Source: Podarcis filfolensis
Lineage: Eukaryota
Length of the DNA: 64,000 bases
Strand: one strand, 5' to 3'
NCBI GenBank assembly: GCA_964270895.1
Contig: OZ185453.1
Shown here: piece after piece, positions 1 to 14,200 of the stretch
Numbering within the stretch: the first letter of the stretch is position 1
Layout: each line of letters opens with the position of its first letter
The notes under the pieces: model-generated
Seen by the model: the letters and a program-made list of their open reading frames with translations, nothing else
The model's database searches: none
Told to the model about the DNA's origin: nothing
Program-made: the position numbers and the translations under genes

Positions 1-11
1 GTTCTCTACAG

Positions 12-117
12 GATTGTGTGTCATGTTTCTCCTGGAAAGCGAGGCTTATCTGGCCCTGTCCAGGTCACTGTAGGAGACCGTCCGCCAGGGGTTTCTGAGA
101 CTTACTTCACTTATCAG
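12..117 (+). CDS. PLXNB3: PLXNB3 exon (IPT)
   Basis: ctacag|...|gtcagt; [35 protein letters not shown]. Confidence 0.9.
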
Positions 118-2238
118 GTCAGTATATTACAGAGGACTGGCGGATGCCCAAGGGGTGGGTCTAAGGAAATACTCTAGCTTGGAACTGGGGGACCAGGGCA
201 GAGATAAGCGTATTTACTCCTAGTGGTTCCCATACACTGTAAACTTCCTCCATGTCACTAACTACTTGGGAGGGAAATGGGAGGGAGAAGTCAGATGTTG
301 GGAACACACACAAGCATGTCCCATTTAAGCCATGGTTTAGCAAGATGTACATGAGCATGAAGGAGCCCCTGCGAGCCTCGAGCTCAGGTGCTTCTCTCCC
401 ACTTCCCTTTCTCCCCTTGCAGCTGGAAGGCGGATTATGGCAGCTCCCCCCCCCCCCATTTTCACTGAATCTCGACTTGTCATGTTGCCCAAACTCAGGA
501 CTCTGGTTCATAGGAACCGGCGCCTAGGGGCCCTAGGTCCCTTCGCCACCCCCAATAAAATATTTGAGGGAGCCAGGCCCCCACAAAGTGGATGGGCATT
601 GCCATGCAAATGGTGTGCATGCACCATCTCTTGTGATTGATTATGCGAGGTGGGGCTTACCTGCCCCCCATATTTTATTCAAGCTGGCACCAGACTCTGG
701 TTAGTTTTATTAAGCCAGCTTCAGAAATCACAACTGGGGGTTTGCTTGTTTTGAAACTGACAAGAGCTGGTCATAAGCCACAACCCCTTGTTCAGGCAAC
801 AAGACAAGGCCTTGGAAGAGCAAAACTGAAAGCTGCTGAAGTCTTCCTCCAGGTCACTTGGGGGGGAACGGTGAAGGGGAGGCTTGTGGCCACAACTTCT
901 TGCCTGTACGCATAAAGTTAAGTATAATATGCGAACCTAACCCCTGTCCCCAGGCCTAATGGGTGCTTCTTTCCTCAGGACCCCACCCTTCTTGATCTGC
1001 ACCCCCAGCTCGGCCCCATGGCTGGGGGCACTCGAGTCACCATCACTGGGGAGGAACTTCTGACAGGCACTGAGATTGCTGCCTACGTAGGGGCGCTGCC
1101 CTGTATTCTGTAAGTGGTGTGGCTTTTTTCATCGCCCCCTGACTTTGACCCTCCTCCTCCTCTTGCTAGTCCTCTACTAGTCTTGCCTCAAGCCTTCACT
1201 TAACGTCTTTGCTCTCTCAACAGCGAGGAGCCTGTGCAACCAGGAGCCATCGTTTGTCGTACCAGTGCTAGCCTCAAGCCACAAGAGGTGTCTGTCTGGG
1301 TCCAGTATGAAGGGGCTGAGCGCCAGCTGCAGGGCAAGACCTTCCATTACACACCCAACCCCCAACTCACTGCGGCTTCCCCACTCACCAGCTTCCATGG
1401 GTAAAAAGAATATAGGGGAGCGGGAATGATCAGGGCTGTCACCCAGTTAAATAAAATATTGATTCATCAGTCAATTAAATCTACATGAGTTTGCTGCAGT
1501 TAAAAACTGTAGTTCTGCAAAAAGACCAAGCTTACTTTGTTTTTAAATGATGTATGCATATACCACAATGCGTATATCTGTGTTTTTCTTTAAGTCTTCC
1601 CCTGCTACAAGGAGAAATGGGTGACTGGCCTTGCCATCTTCATTTTTATAACCAAATGTATTGAATTGGGATGGGGGGGAGAGACATTACAGTCCTAGTC
1701 CAAATCAATATGCATGCATGCATGAATGAATGTGCTGGCTATTTTTTATTTGTAATCAGCTCAGCAAAGGCTAAAATGTGAATGATCTTCCGTCTGGTTT
1801 GGTGCTTAATTCTGAAAGAGGTGCAGGGGTTTCAGGCTGAATGTTTGCAGATGGGTAACTGGGCTTCCTTTAACTTGAGGGGAATCAGTAAAGGAATAAC
1901 TCAAAGTTTTGAAGGGAGTGAAATTTGGATGTGAGTAGATGTCTTGGGAGGGACATAATTATCATACCATCATTCTACCCGGACACTGAGATCCAGCATT
2001 GAGGGCCTTCTGGCGGTTCCCTCACTGTGAGAAGCCAAGTTACAGGGAACCAGGCAGAGGGCCTTCTGGGTGGTGGCGCCCGCCCTGTGGAACGCCCTCC
2101 CATCAGATGTCAAAGAGATAAACAACTACCTGAAGTTTAAAAGACACCTGAAGGCAGCCCTGTTTAGGGAAGTTTTTAATGTTTTAATGTATTTTTAATC
2201 TCTGTTGGAAGCCACCCAAAGTGGCTGGGTACAAATAA

Positions 2239-2276
<38 letters not shown>

Positions 2277-5200
2277 GCATAAGGAGCAGCAGGGGGAAAG
2301 ACAGAGATGTTTAAGGGAATCGGGCACCTGAGGAGGAAATGGAGGCAAAGCAAAAGTAGGGTCACACGTGGACCCCTGCAGCTGTGAAATTCCCATGGGA
2401 ATCTGTTTGGACCTCTGGTCTGAACCAGCAGGGCCACTCTTATGTTCTTATGTGTCTGTGCCTGTGTCAAACTCATGGGTGACATGCCCTTCACTGCTTC
2501 AGCCACTTCTCACTTTCCTGGATGCTGTGTTTCTCCAGGGGCGGACGGATCATCTATGTGAAAGGGACTAATTTGGATGTGGTGCAGCAGCCACTCATCA
2601 AAGCCATCCTGGAGCCGGAGGAGATGGCAAGTGGAAGCAGCCGGGAGAAAAGAGCCTGCGACTCCTTGCAGGGCCCCCACATCCCACTGACCCCAGCTCC
2701 ACCCCACCCCTGTGCTGAGGTGGGAGACATGTTGGAGGTGAGTGCAGGGAGGAAAGGAATGCTTTGGCTTGTGGATTACAATTCAGGGGTCTCTCACTCC
2801 CTCCCTCTCCCTTCTTGCATCTCCACAGTGCTGGGAGCCTTGCTGCGCCAATTCGTCCACCCTTCTCCTCTGCCCATCGCCTGCTGTGCCACCCAATGCC
2901 CGCTTCCGACATCTTCGTTTTGAGCTGGATGGACTCCATGTCCCCTTCAGCAATGCCAGTGGGGGCCAGAATTTCTCCTATAAGCCTAATCCCCACCTGC
3001 GCTGGCCTGGGCGGGATTCCACTGGACGTCCTTTCAGTCTTAAACCTGGCAATGTCTTGGACATAGAGGTGAGTGGCCATATTAAGGTGGGGGGAGGCCT
3101 TGGAAGTGGGGAGTGGAGTCCCTAGGATGCAATAATCACTCCTTTGCCTCCTAGCACAGTGATACTGAGTGGGGCGTTTACCCTAAAACTCACTCGGCTG
3201 CCCTTTTATGCTGCTGCCAAGGCCTGCAAATCCTCATCAATGCCCTGTATGTGGATTTATTGAACACACCATTGCAGTGAAGTGGTCTTGATTTGAAGCA
3301 GTCTTGCATTGACTGCATGCCAGAAGAGAGATCTGAACTGCACCTTGGAAAAGCTAAGCCACCGTCTGCAAATATCAAGGCCCACTCAAGGTGTTTTGCT
3401 ACCTGAGGCAGAGAAGCAAGTGGTGACCCTGCCCCCAAGTCAATGGTCATTGTACCCAAGGGCACTTGAGGCCGAAGATCGCACAAGGACTTCTCCCCCT
3501 CACTGGCAGCAAAAATACAATACAGTGGTACCTCTGGTTACGAACGCTTCTGGTTATGAACGCTTCAAGTTACGAATTCCGCTAACCCGGAAGTAGCCGT
3601 TCCTGGTTGCGAACTTTGCCCCAGGATGCGAACGGAAATCGCGCACCAGAGGCCCCATTAGCGAAAGTGCGCCTCAGGATAAGAACAGTTTCAGCTTAAG
3701 AACAGACCTCCGAAATGAATTATGTTCGTAACCAGAGGTACCACTGTATAGTAAGTTAGCAATCAATATGCTGCCCTACAATCCTCAACCTCCAGCTGAC
3801 TAGAAAATCAGGATGCCAGGAGGCAGTAGTACATTAATAGGGCTGTTCTGCTGCTTCAATGAAGGTGGGGGGTTATTGGGTTTTTTTGTTACTAGGTTAT
3901 AGGGTTGCCATACGTCTGCAATTTCCCAGACATCGCCGAGATTTGCTCGTTGGAAACAGCGTTAGGACGTAAATTGCTCAAATGTCTGGGAAAATCCGGA
4001 CACGTGATTTTAAAAAGTTCAAAAACTTCACTTTTGTACCTGATTTTGCAAAAAAAGGCTCAACAACCTTGGGCAAAACATTAAAAAACCCCAGCTTTTT
4101 GAAATATAGCAACTCTATATGTTATGTATATTTGTGTTTTTAAATTGTAAACCACAATGTGATCCTCAGATGAAGGGTATTTTAGAAATTTAATAAATAA
4201 AATAATAATTGCTACAGGACCTGTTCAAGAAATATATGTATGTGTGTATGTACAGTATGTTTGTGTATGTACATGTTTGTGTGTATATACACGTGCACAC
4301 ACACACACACATATATGGATAGGTAAAGGTAAAGGGACCCCTGACCATTAGGTCCAGTCGCGAACGACTCTGGGGTTATGGCGCTCATCTTGCTTTACTG
4401 GCTGTGGGAGCTGACGTACAGCTTCTGGGTCATGTGGCCAGCATGATAAAGCCGCTTCTGGCGAACCAGAGCAGCACACGGAAACGCCGTTTTCCTTCCC
4501 ACTGGAGCGATACCTATTTATCTACTTGCACTTTGACGTGCTTTCGAACTGCTAGGTTGGCAGGAGCAGGGACCAAGCAACGGGAACTCACCGCGTCGTG
4601 GGGATTCAAACCGCCAACCTTCCGACTGGCAAGCCCTAGGCTCAGTGGTTTAGACCACAGCGTCACCCGCGTCCCCATATATGGATAATATCTATTTTTA
4701 ATAATAATTAATACTAGTAGACTGCAGGTTGTGAATGCATTAATTGCAGTAACGTTTTCTAAACTTTTGATACCTGGGGCACAATTATTTTCTGAATTAG
4801 TATAAATATAGTATAAATAAGTATTACTTACACTAATTCAGAAAATAATTGTGCCCTAGGTATCAAAAGTTTAGAAAATGTTACTGCAATTCATGCATTC
4901 ACAACTTTCAGCCTACGTATTGAGCACAGCCCAACAGCCCTATCTTGGCGGCCAGCTGTCCACTCAGCCCCCCTCCTTTTGATGGTGTTTGTGTGGAGAG
5001 GGTGGCCAGTCTTATGCAGGCAGCAAAACGGGTAGATTTATGGCGTCACTGGATGGCTGCATTTGGCTTGATGGGTCACAAATTGTGAATGCCTGGTGTC
5101 GTTTCTTTAGCTATTAGCACGTGAAGTTATTGCCTTGTTTTCTCCTGCTCTTGATGAGCTCTTGGGCAATTGGGTGGGTCTGTCTTTATGCCATTAATGG

Positions 5201-8200
5201 TGAGATCAGAAGGTATTGGGCTTGTATTACAGTGTCCACCTTGGAAGCAAAGGGGATATGGGTTTATGCTGGCCCGCAGCACTGCTTCAACTTGTGTGTA
5301 CATACAGGGAAATTCACCTTTTGACTCTTTCTCTCTTTCTGCTGCCCTGCAGGGAGAAGGCTTGACCCTTGGCATCAGCAAGAACGAAGTGAGGGTCATC
5401 ATTGGCAACAGCATCTGCACCGTCAAGACCCTAACACTGACCCATTTGTACTGTGAACCTCCACTGCAGCCCCCACAGCCACTTAATGCTTCCTCTGTGC
5501 TCCCAGAGTTCATTGTGAGTAGGTTGCAGGGAAGGGAGAGATAGGCTGCATGCAGGAATTAACCTCTTTGGGATTCCCCTTGTAATGGGGAAAGTTCTTC
5601 CTCTCTTGAAACTTTGGAAAGACCTCCTGTGTGGCCTAGATTTTATCAGGCAACCCTCTCTCTCTTACTGAGAAGGTAACTTGTTTAAAGTGCATATATA
5701 AGCTCACACCCTTGTAGTTTGCATAATGACAAATTAGTAGCTACCAGAGTCAAGTTTCCCACTCCACCCATAGAGTGTGTACAGGAATCAAAGGTCTGCA
5801 CAGTAATGCTATATTGGTTTTATGCCTGTGTTAATTGCCGTTGCCATGGCTTTTTCCTGGTAGGTTGTTGTTGGAGATCCATACCCCTTAACAAACAATT
5901 CCCCGAGGAGAGGGAGTGGCTTAAACTGGTTTATGTAGTGTAAATATGTACTTAGTGATCAAATTTAGAATCCTTTATGTGGCCTTACTGTGTGTGCAAA
6001 GGTATTAAGGAGATAATGAATGGAGTTGTGAGGTCCTGCTTATGTGTCCTTCCTTTTCCTGCTCCAACCAAAAGTCACTTGGTTGATGACTGGGATCAGA
6101 ATTGCTAACCCCTGACCCAGAGGTGGTGGCTGCTTTCGCACACTTGCAGGCCACGCCCTGTGTGGGATCAGTGCTCAGAAATGCATTTTTTACCTGTTTC
6201 TGTCCATTTTTTATGTGCATGTAACATACCTTCAGTTTTTTCCCCCTTTGGCTGGTTTAAAACTTCAAGGAACGAAACAGTTTTGTTGCTATAAAAAAGG
6301 TCATAGAATCCTTTTATTTTTGGCTCTCCTATATCTTCAAAAATGTTAACATGCTGATGTAAAGCAGATACAAAAAACAGCTAGGAATTGTTTTAGTGTA
6401 ACATCATATACTGTTTTTGTAGCTCTTTACCTTTCCTTGTTCAGATTACAAAATAGAGTATATATTTCAATTTTATTTTAGATGTAAGGCTTTTGGCTGA
6501 CATATGGGATTTTAAATGTCCATTTTCTCAACATCCCAGTGTCACAGAAGGTTGGTTTGCACACCAAAATGTGCCTTGTTTAATGTCCTACAATTGGTTT
6601 CATATCATATTTTGTAAATAGTTTTGGTGTTGCCCAAAATAATTTTTTAAGTGGCTGCCATTTTGTGATTCCACCCCCTCCCCAACTTAGGTATCTAAAA
6701 AACTTTGTGTTAGTTATTAGGCTTGCCTTCAAAATGTCATAAAAACAGGTTAAGCAGTGTGGCAGCAACAGCAAGAGTTGGTGTCTACACTCTTTGTGGC
6801 TACCCTGGGCAGAGAGTAAAATGCATTGGTCAGATACAGACATATTTAGATTCAGCCGGTCAAAACACACTGAAGCAAACACATTCCCCTTAAGTAAGCT
6901 AAAAGCTTGTGGAAACTTGCTGGCTATCATGCCCCAATTTTATGCTTCACTGTGCCTCTGGATTAAATGGTAGGTCAGAATTTTTCAGTAGATTGTGGGA
7001 GACTTGTCAGGAAACAAAGAAGAGAGAACTACCAGTGCAGGCTGAGGTTTCCTCACAGTAGTAGGAGCCACTGTTTTAGGGTTAGGTTTTGTCTTTGAAA
7101 AGTATGGAATCAGATCTGCAGGCTTGGAATGGCCCTTCTTTATATATTGTTGGACTCCCAACTCCCATCAGCCCAGTCAGCATGCCCAGTGGTCACAGAT
7201 GATGGGGAGGGAGTATTAAGCACATCTGGCAGGAGGGTGAACAGGGCAAAGGGGATGGGAGTCTTCAAATTCTATAATGATTTCAGGTGATCATTTGACC
7301 TGGACTTCGATTCACAAAGACTTATGCCCCAGTATATTTGTAAGTTTTTAAGGCTCCACAAGACTTTGCTGTTTTGTTGCTACAGACAAATCCGGCCACC
7401 TCTCTGGAGTCATCTTTCTGTGTTGTCGTTGTCACTTTACAGGTGCAGATGGGAAACTTGCGCCTGGATCTTGGCCGAGTTCGCTATGACACTGAGCCAC
7501 CCTCCCGTTTCCCGCCGGAAGCCCAAATTGGGCTGGGGGTGGGGGCAGCCGTGCTGGCTTTTGTAGTTCTGCTGCTCATCCTCATGTACAGGTATCAACA
7601 TTACGATGTTTCAGGGGGAGGGGTGTGCAAGGGGGGTGAAAAGTTGCTTTTTCCCCTTCAACCCCCCCCCCCAATCCTTGCTTCTGTAAAAACTGTGTTG
7701 CTCCTCCCCTCATCCTGGCAGGCGAAAGAGCAAGCAAGCCCTACGAGACTACAAGAAAGTGCTGGTGCAGCTTGAGAACATGGAGATCAGCGTTGGGGAC
7801 CAGTGCCGCAAGGAATTCACTGGTATGGGATGGGGGGGCAAGTATGGAGGAGGGAGGAGGTGAGTTTGAGCCACAGGCAGGAGAGCAGCGGCATGAAATA
7901 GACGAAGGAACAGCTTGAGGAGGGTGGGGGAAGTGAAACTATGCTTTTCTGAATAATACCTGAATGACACGGAGGGCTAGGAATAAGGTTGTGTTATCAC
8001 TCCCTCTACCCACTTCTAATAACCCTACTCGTAATTATAAGCAGCAGTCTGGGGCACAGAAATTAAGCAGGTGACATGGAGGGAGGTGGTGAGACAAATT
8101 TCACTTGCCTAATTTCTGAGTGCTGGGCTGTTCAAAGCCAGGAGTGGGGAGCCAGTAGCCCTTCAGATGTTGCTGAACTTCATCTCCCTTCATCTCTGAC

Positions 8201-11200
8201 CCGTTGGTTGTGTTGGCTGGGACTGGTGTGCTTTGGAGACCAACAACACCCCAAAAGCCACAGGTTCCCCATTCCTAGTTTAAACGTGCAGGATTTAATG
8301 AGTCTGTGGCTGCATAAGGATTGATTGATGATGATGCACAAGAACAGAGTTCGAAGGGTATTTCCTGAAGGGATACATTTCCAGAATTTCATAAAGGAAG
8401 CTGTTTTGAGATGAATTGCAGAAGGATGTTTGCTGAGAATCGCTAACAGCTATGTATTTGGGTAAAGAATTCCTTCAAACGGGGATCTTTTCTCCTAATG
8501 TAATGGTTGCGTGTTGCTCACTCTTTTCTTTTGCTTTTCTTCTCCACCCCTCTCTTCATTCTTGCCTTCCCACCCGTCTCCCAACACAACCCCCTGCTTG
8601 CTTCAGACCTGATGACGGAAATGACTGACCTGAGCGGGGAGCTGGAGGGTTCAGGGATCCCATTCCTGGACTACAACACCTACACCCAGCGCGTCTTCTT
8701 CCCGGCTCAGGGGGACGTGCCATTGCGGCGTGTGCTGGATCTGCCCGAGGGGCGCCGTGCCACAGTGGAGCAGGGCCTGGGGCAGCTCTCCAATCTGCTG
8801 AACAGCAAAGTCTTCCTGCTGACGGTGGGTGATCTGGGGGGATAAGGGGGAAGGGTCCAGAAAGTGGTTGAGCTAGAGGGTCAGTCCGATGCCATACAGT
8901 GGTACCTCGGGTTAAGTACTTAATTCGTTCCGGAGGTCCGTTCTTAACCTGAAACTGTTCTTAACCTGAAGCACCACTTTAGCTAATGGGGCTTCCTGCT
9001 GCCACCGCGCCGCAGGAGCACAATTTCTGTTCTCATCCTGAAGCAAAGTTCTTAACCCGAGGTACTATTTCAGAGTTAGCGGAGTCTGTAACCTGAAGCA
9101 TATGTAACCCGAGGTACCACTGTACTTGGATAGGGAGTGGAGGGAGAGGTTGTCTTGCAAGTGGAGTTTTTTGGGGGATTTTGTATGTGAGAATGCATAT
9201 GAATGCGAGGTTATTGCATGGGAGATCAGCAGTACCTTTTTAAATTTCCAGATGAGAGAGAGAGAGCCTTAAGGAGCACAATTCTAGTTGTACTGAACAG
9301 TAGGTGGAGATACAGTATGGAGAGACTTCAGTTCGAGAGCAGCTGCTTCTGAAAGTCTCCTCCTGCATTTAGACCATGTAAAGTGTGTGCTGATAACCTC
9401 TGGGGGTTGCAGTCTGGCACCTCCTTGTTCAGGCACTCTCCAAGTTGTGCTAGATTCCAAGTCCCATCATCCACAGCCAGCATGGGAGCTGTAGTCCAGC
9501 AGCACCTGGAGATAGTCCAGCAGCACCATCAGGGTGTGTTTGTGTGTGTGTGTGTGTGTGCACTTTAGAGGTTTTGTTCTGCTGTATGAATGGATGAAGG
9601 CGGCACACAACATCTGCCCCGAGTTCTGTTTCCTGCTCTGGAGAAGGAGTAGGACTGAACTGGATGTACCGTAGTGTGAGGATTCTGGCAGAGGTGACGA
9701 GAGTCTTCCCTTGCTGTTCCCAGTTAATCCGAACTCTGGAGGCCCAGCCTACCTTCTCCCAGCGGGATCGATGTCATGCAGCATCACTGCTCTCTCTGGC
9801 TCTTCATGGGCGCCTGGAGTATCTTACGGACATCATGCAGACTCTGCTGAGTGATCTTGCTGCCCACTGCGTCACCCGCAATGCCAAGCTCATGCTTCGC
9901 AGGTAGGCCCTGTGTTCAGGATGGGGCGTTGTGGAGGTGGTGAAAGATGTCCTTGTTCCGAGAAGTCCCCATAGGTGCCTTCTCCCACTCCTTCCCCTGG
10001 GGGGTAGATGCTTTCACAGTTGGTGAGGGCTGCCAACTGGCAAGAATTTTATTTGCCTGGCCAGAATTAATCCCCCTGGCTTGCTGCCAGAACTGAAGAA
10101 TGCAATGCCCTGCCCCCCCCAAAAAAAACCCCGTTATATTTTGCTGGTGTTGTGTGCCCACAAGGTAATTAATGCTTAAACTGGAATGCCTCAAACCACA
10201 AACATGCTGAAATAAATTAGAGATGAGGAACATTTTAAAAACTCTAATTTTGCTGCTTTATATTAAAACAGCAAGTTTTTTATACTTATAAACAGAAAGC
10301 AGTTCCTTGAACTAGGTTTAAGCATTCTGTATATGTTGAGAGACTGCCCTGACGTTCTTATAAACAGCAACACTTAAACTTAAGTACCTGTTTTTTTAAA
10401 AGTATTCAAATTAAGGTACCACAAGTTTTTATTTCAAAACCACTCTACTTAACCCTACATTTGTTCTGCAGAACAGAGTTTTGAATTTAAAACTGTGGGC
10501 CAAGGATTGCTGTCATCATCTTGTGCTGCAGCTGGTAGCCTACCTTGGCATGGGGGGGGGAGGGGGGACGCTAGCAACTCTACTTAGCTCCTCAACTGTC
10601 CTGCAGGACAGAGACCATGGTAGAGAAACTGCTGACCAACTGGATGTCCATCTGCCTCTACTCCTATCTCAGGGTAAGTTGTAAAGCCTGTCTGGATGAT
10701 GCTTCTGCGTCTAAGGTGGGACTTTGCACTTTTAAACTTAAAATCCATTGTTGTATATTGTTTTAAATGTTTGTTTTGCTATTAGGATTGTAGTTCCATT
10801 TGTGTTTCTCAAGCTGGTCTCTGACAGTAATAAATTTCATGTTTCATGTCTAAGGTGGGAGGTGCAGCCAGGAGGAGGAGACCTGGTTGAAGGTGGGGGA
10901 ACAAAACTTGCCCCACATTTTTCCGCAAGTGCTCACTCTCCTGCTTACTGTTCTTGCCTAGTCCTGTGGCTTGTTGAGGCTTCATAGGGGTAAACATTTT
11001 ATCACGCTCTCTCGTCCCACAGCTAGTTCAGGGCATGCCTAAGACATTTTGATGCTGGAGGCAGAACAGTCCAGAGTACCCTATCCAAACATACTTCAAT
11101 TCAGAGTGGAGTACAATCCACCTTGTGCGAGTGATTATATTCATTTATTTATTGCATTTTTATGCTGCTTGAAGAGGCACATGTGGTTTCCCTGCCCCCT

Positions 11201-14200
11201 TTTATCTTCTCAGCAGCCCTGTGAGGGAGGTTGGGCTGAGCAAGAGAGTGACTGGCCCAAGGCCAGTCTGTAAATGCTCGTGGATAAATAGGAATCTGGG
11301 TCTTATTAAATCTTGTGTGACACTTTAGCCATGACGCTACATCAGCTTTCATAGGAAATGTATGTAGGAACGTCTCAGTGGATTGGATCTTTCTCTCAAG
11401 CTTCACCTGAGAACTGAATTAAGTGACCAGCACCACCAGCTGTGCTTTTTTGGCACTTTGCTTGGCATTTCCAAAAACGTACACTGCCCTGATGGTGGGT
11501 CCGGTAGAAAGATGTATGATTTTGAGGCTCCTACTTCTAGCTGTGCAGGTGTGGGGTTGTTAAGTGCAGTGCAGGGACTGTAGTGACTCTGGAGCCCAGG
11601 CGTCCTTCTCATTCCTTCCCCTCCTCCTCTGTGTTTTCCAATGAAGGAGGTGGCTGGTGAGCCCCTGTACATGCTCTTCCGTGCCATTAAGTACCAGGTG
11701 GACAAGGGCCCAGTGGATGCTGTGACAGGCAAGGCCAAACGGACACTGAACGATGGGCGGCTGCTGAGAGAAGACGTGGAGTATCGGCCCCTCAACCTGA
11801 CTGTCCTGGTGCGGGGGGGCGGCCCAGGTGGTGCGGGTGAGACTCAGCGCATCCCAGCCCGTGTCCTTGATACAGACACCATCACTCAAGTGAAGGAGAA
11901 AATCTTGGACCAGGTCTACAAAGGCGTCCCTTTCTCCCAGCGCCCCTCGGTGCACTCCCTTGACTTGGGTAAGGAATCTCCTCCATTCTCCACTCCCCAC
12001 CCCCAAAACCTGTTGAGGATGTTTAGTTAATTTTGAGAGAGGCCCACATGAAGTTGTCCTGGGCTTGCTGTGGAGATTTAGGGGCAGGGGGTGGAAGTAG
12101 GAGACCCTCACCTGCCACTCTTCCTTTCCTCAGAGTGGCGCTCAGGCGTTGCTGGCCACCTGACGCTTTCTGATGAGGATCTGACTTCCATCACACAGAA
12201 CCAATGGAAGAGACTCAACACTCTACAACATTACAAGGTATGGGGTTGGGTGGGATGCAGCTGAATGGTAGAAGCTGGGAGGGAGGGAGTATGCAGTCGG
12301 GTAGCCAACGTGGTGCCCTCCAGACTCCAGTTCCCATTAGCACCAGACAGAATGGCAAGTGGTCAGGGTTGATGGGAGTTGTAGTCCAGCAGCATCTGGA
12401 GGGCATCACATTGGCTACCCTGACCGTGTCTGCAATGCTGGGCTTCCACATTTTGCTTCTGGCAGGAGAATCATGGAGCTGGGAACCCGTCTCTCACCTG
12501 AACAATTTCTCACCTTTTTGTAGGTGTTTCACTTGTTTACTGTCCTTCCTCTTTTCCCCAGGTTCCAGATGGGGCCACAGTTGGCCTCATTCCCCGCCTT
12601 CACAATGACGTCTCCCAAGGCACCAGCCAGAACTTCTTCTCTGGAGAAAGTGAGTCTGCTTGTCTCTCTCTTCCTTGAGCCATTGCTCTCCCATGCAGTA
12701 GGGCAACCTCCTTTTCCCCTCCTCTCTGCAACTGGCAGAAACTGGTACACTGCAAAGAGATGTGGTTTTAACTATGGGCACAAATGGTGAGCAGTGCAGC
12801 TCAGTTGCAGTGTGTGTGTGTCATAGGGTGGGTGGGGGAGTCTCTTGCCTGTTCATGGGGTGGGGGGAAGCACCTTAGCCCTTTTTTTGTAATGTGTGTG
12901 AAGAGTTCCTTAATTTTCTAGCCTGAAAAAGTAATGGAAAAGCTCTAGACCAGGAGACTCTAAATAATGCCTGTAGATGTTTCTTCCTTCTCCTTTTGTA
13001 CATAATGGTAATTCAAGTTATTACATGGGAATAAGCCTGTTTTATTTCTGTATCTATAGAGGCCTTTTGTTTTGCACACAAGGGAGTCAAGTTTTTTCTA
13101 GTCTTCTTTTAGTCTCGGAAAGAAGAGCACAGATTGACATTTGTTATAAATGCTCTGGGAGTGGCAACAAGAGGTGCACAGGGCCAGAGGCAGACAAACT
13201 GGAAACTTTTTAGGGAGGTACTGGAATTAGGAGAATGAGGTGCCACATTGGTTGGGGAGAGGCCTGTGTGTGTTGCTTTTGTAGACCTTTAACAGAAACT
13301 CTAAACATTTTTTTAGATTTTTCTTTGTCACCTGGAGGATTAGATACTTCTTTGGCTCCCTTTTACACCCCCACCCAAAAAAACCTTCAAATAATAGCAT
13401 AGTTTATGTGGGAGCCATTTAGATTCTGCATTACAGAAGAATATTCTGCACCTGGCCATGATAAAAAGTTCCCAAACTTCTGCGCTGCTTCCTTTATTCC
13501 TTGGGGGTGTGGGTGTGCGGGCCATGTCAGTCCCACCAAGCCTCCCACTGGGCCCGTGTCTCCTCCTTCCTTCTTGCAGGCATCATCATTTATCTCACAC
13601 CTTTGTTTGCTGTTGCTGCTGGTAGCCAGGACTGGGGCCCTCGCAGTTGCCTCAGCTGTCCACAGGACAGGCAGGTGCCCTGAGGGCTGCCTAGTGAGTG
13701 GTGGACTGCCCCATTTCCCATTGTAATGAGTCCTATTGCACCCTTTGCAGACACCCCAATGCTAGAGGATGGTGAGGATGGGGGGCTACGCCTCTGGCAC
13801 CTGGTAAAGCCATCTGAAGAGCCTGAACTCACAAAACAGCAGCAAGAGCGGCGCAGCAGCCTTCGGGAGCGCGCCAAGGCGATTCCTGAGATCTACCTCA
13901 CCCGCTTGCTTTCCATGAAGGTAAGAGGGAAAGCATTCCCCCCCCCCCCCCCGCCAGCCATTCTCCAATTATACCAGCCCTTTTAGAGCAGTGGGATTCT
14001 TCGGAGCCTGATCAGGATTTCCTCAGTGAGTAGATCAATAATGACAGACACATTTCCCTGCCTGAACGTGACCAGGTGCGCTTGAACAGGGCTTCCCAAA
14101 CCATGGTCCATGGACTACCAGTGGTCTCTGAGCTTCATTTGGGTGGTCCGTGCTGTGTCCACATTCAATATTGTATTGATTTTTCATATTGATTCTGTGG

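Noticed and set aside
4692-4701. Second MEF2-consensus CTATTTTTAA
   Set aside because: Lies in an AT-rich patch between a SINE and a foldback repeat with no accompanying E-boxes or GC box. It shows the motif arises by chance, so the 29610 call depends on its context.
11641-11646. ATG AAG before EVAGEP as an internal start codon
   Set aside because: It is the end of the intron (AAG acceptor); the human alignment LR|EVAGEP and phase 0 support splicing at 11647.
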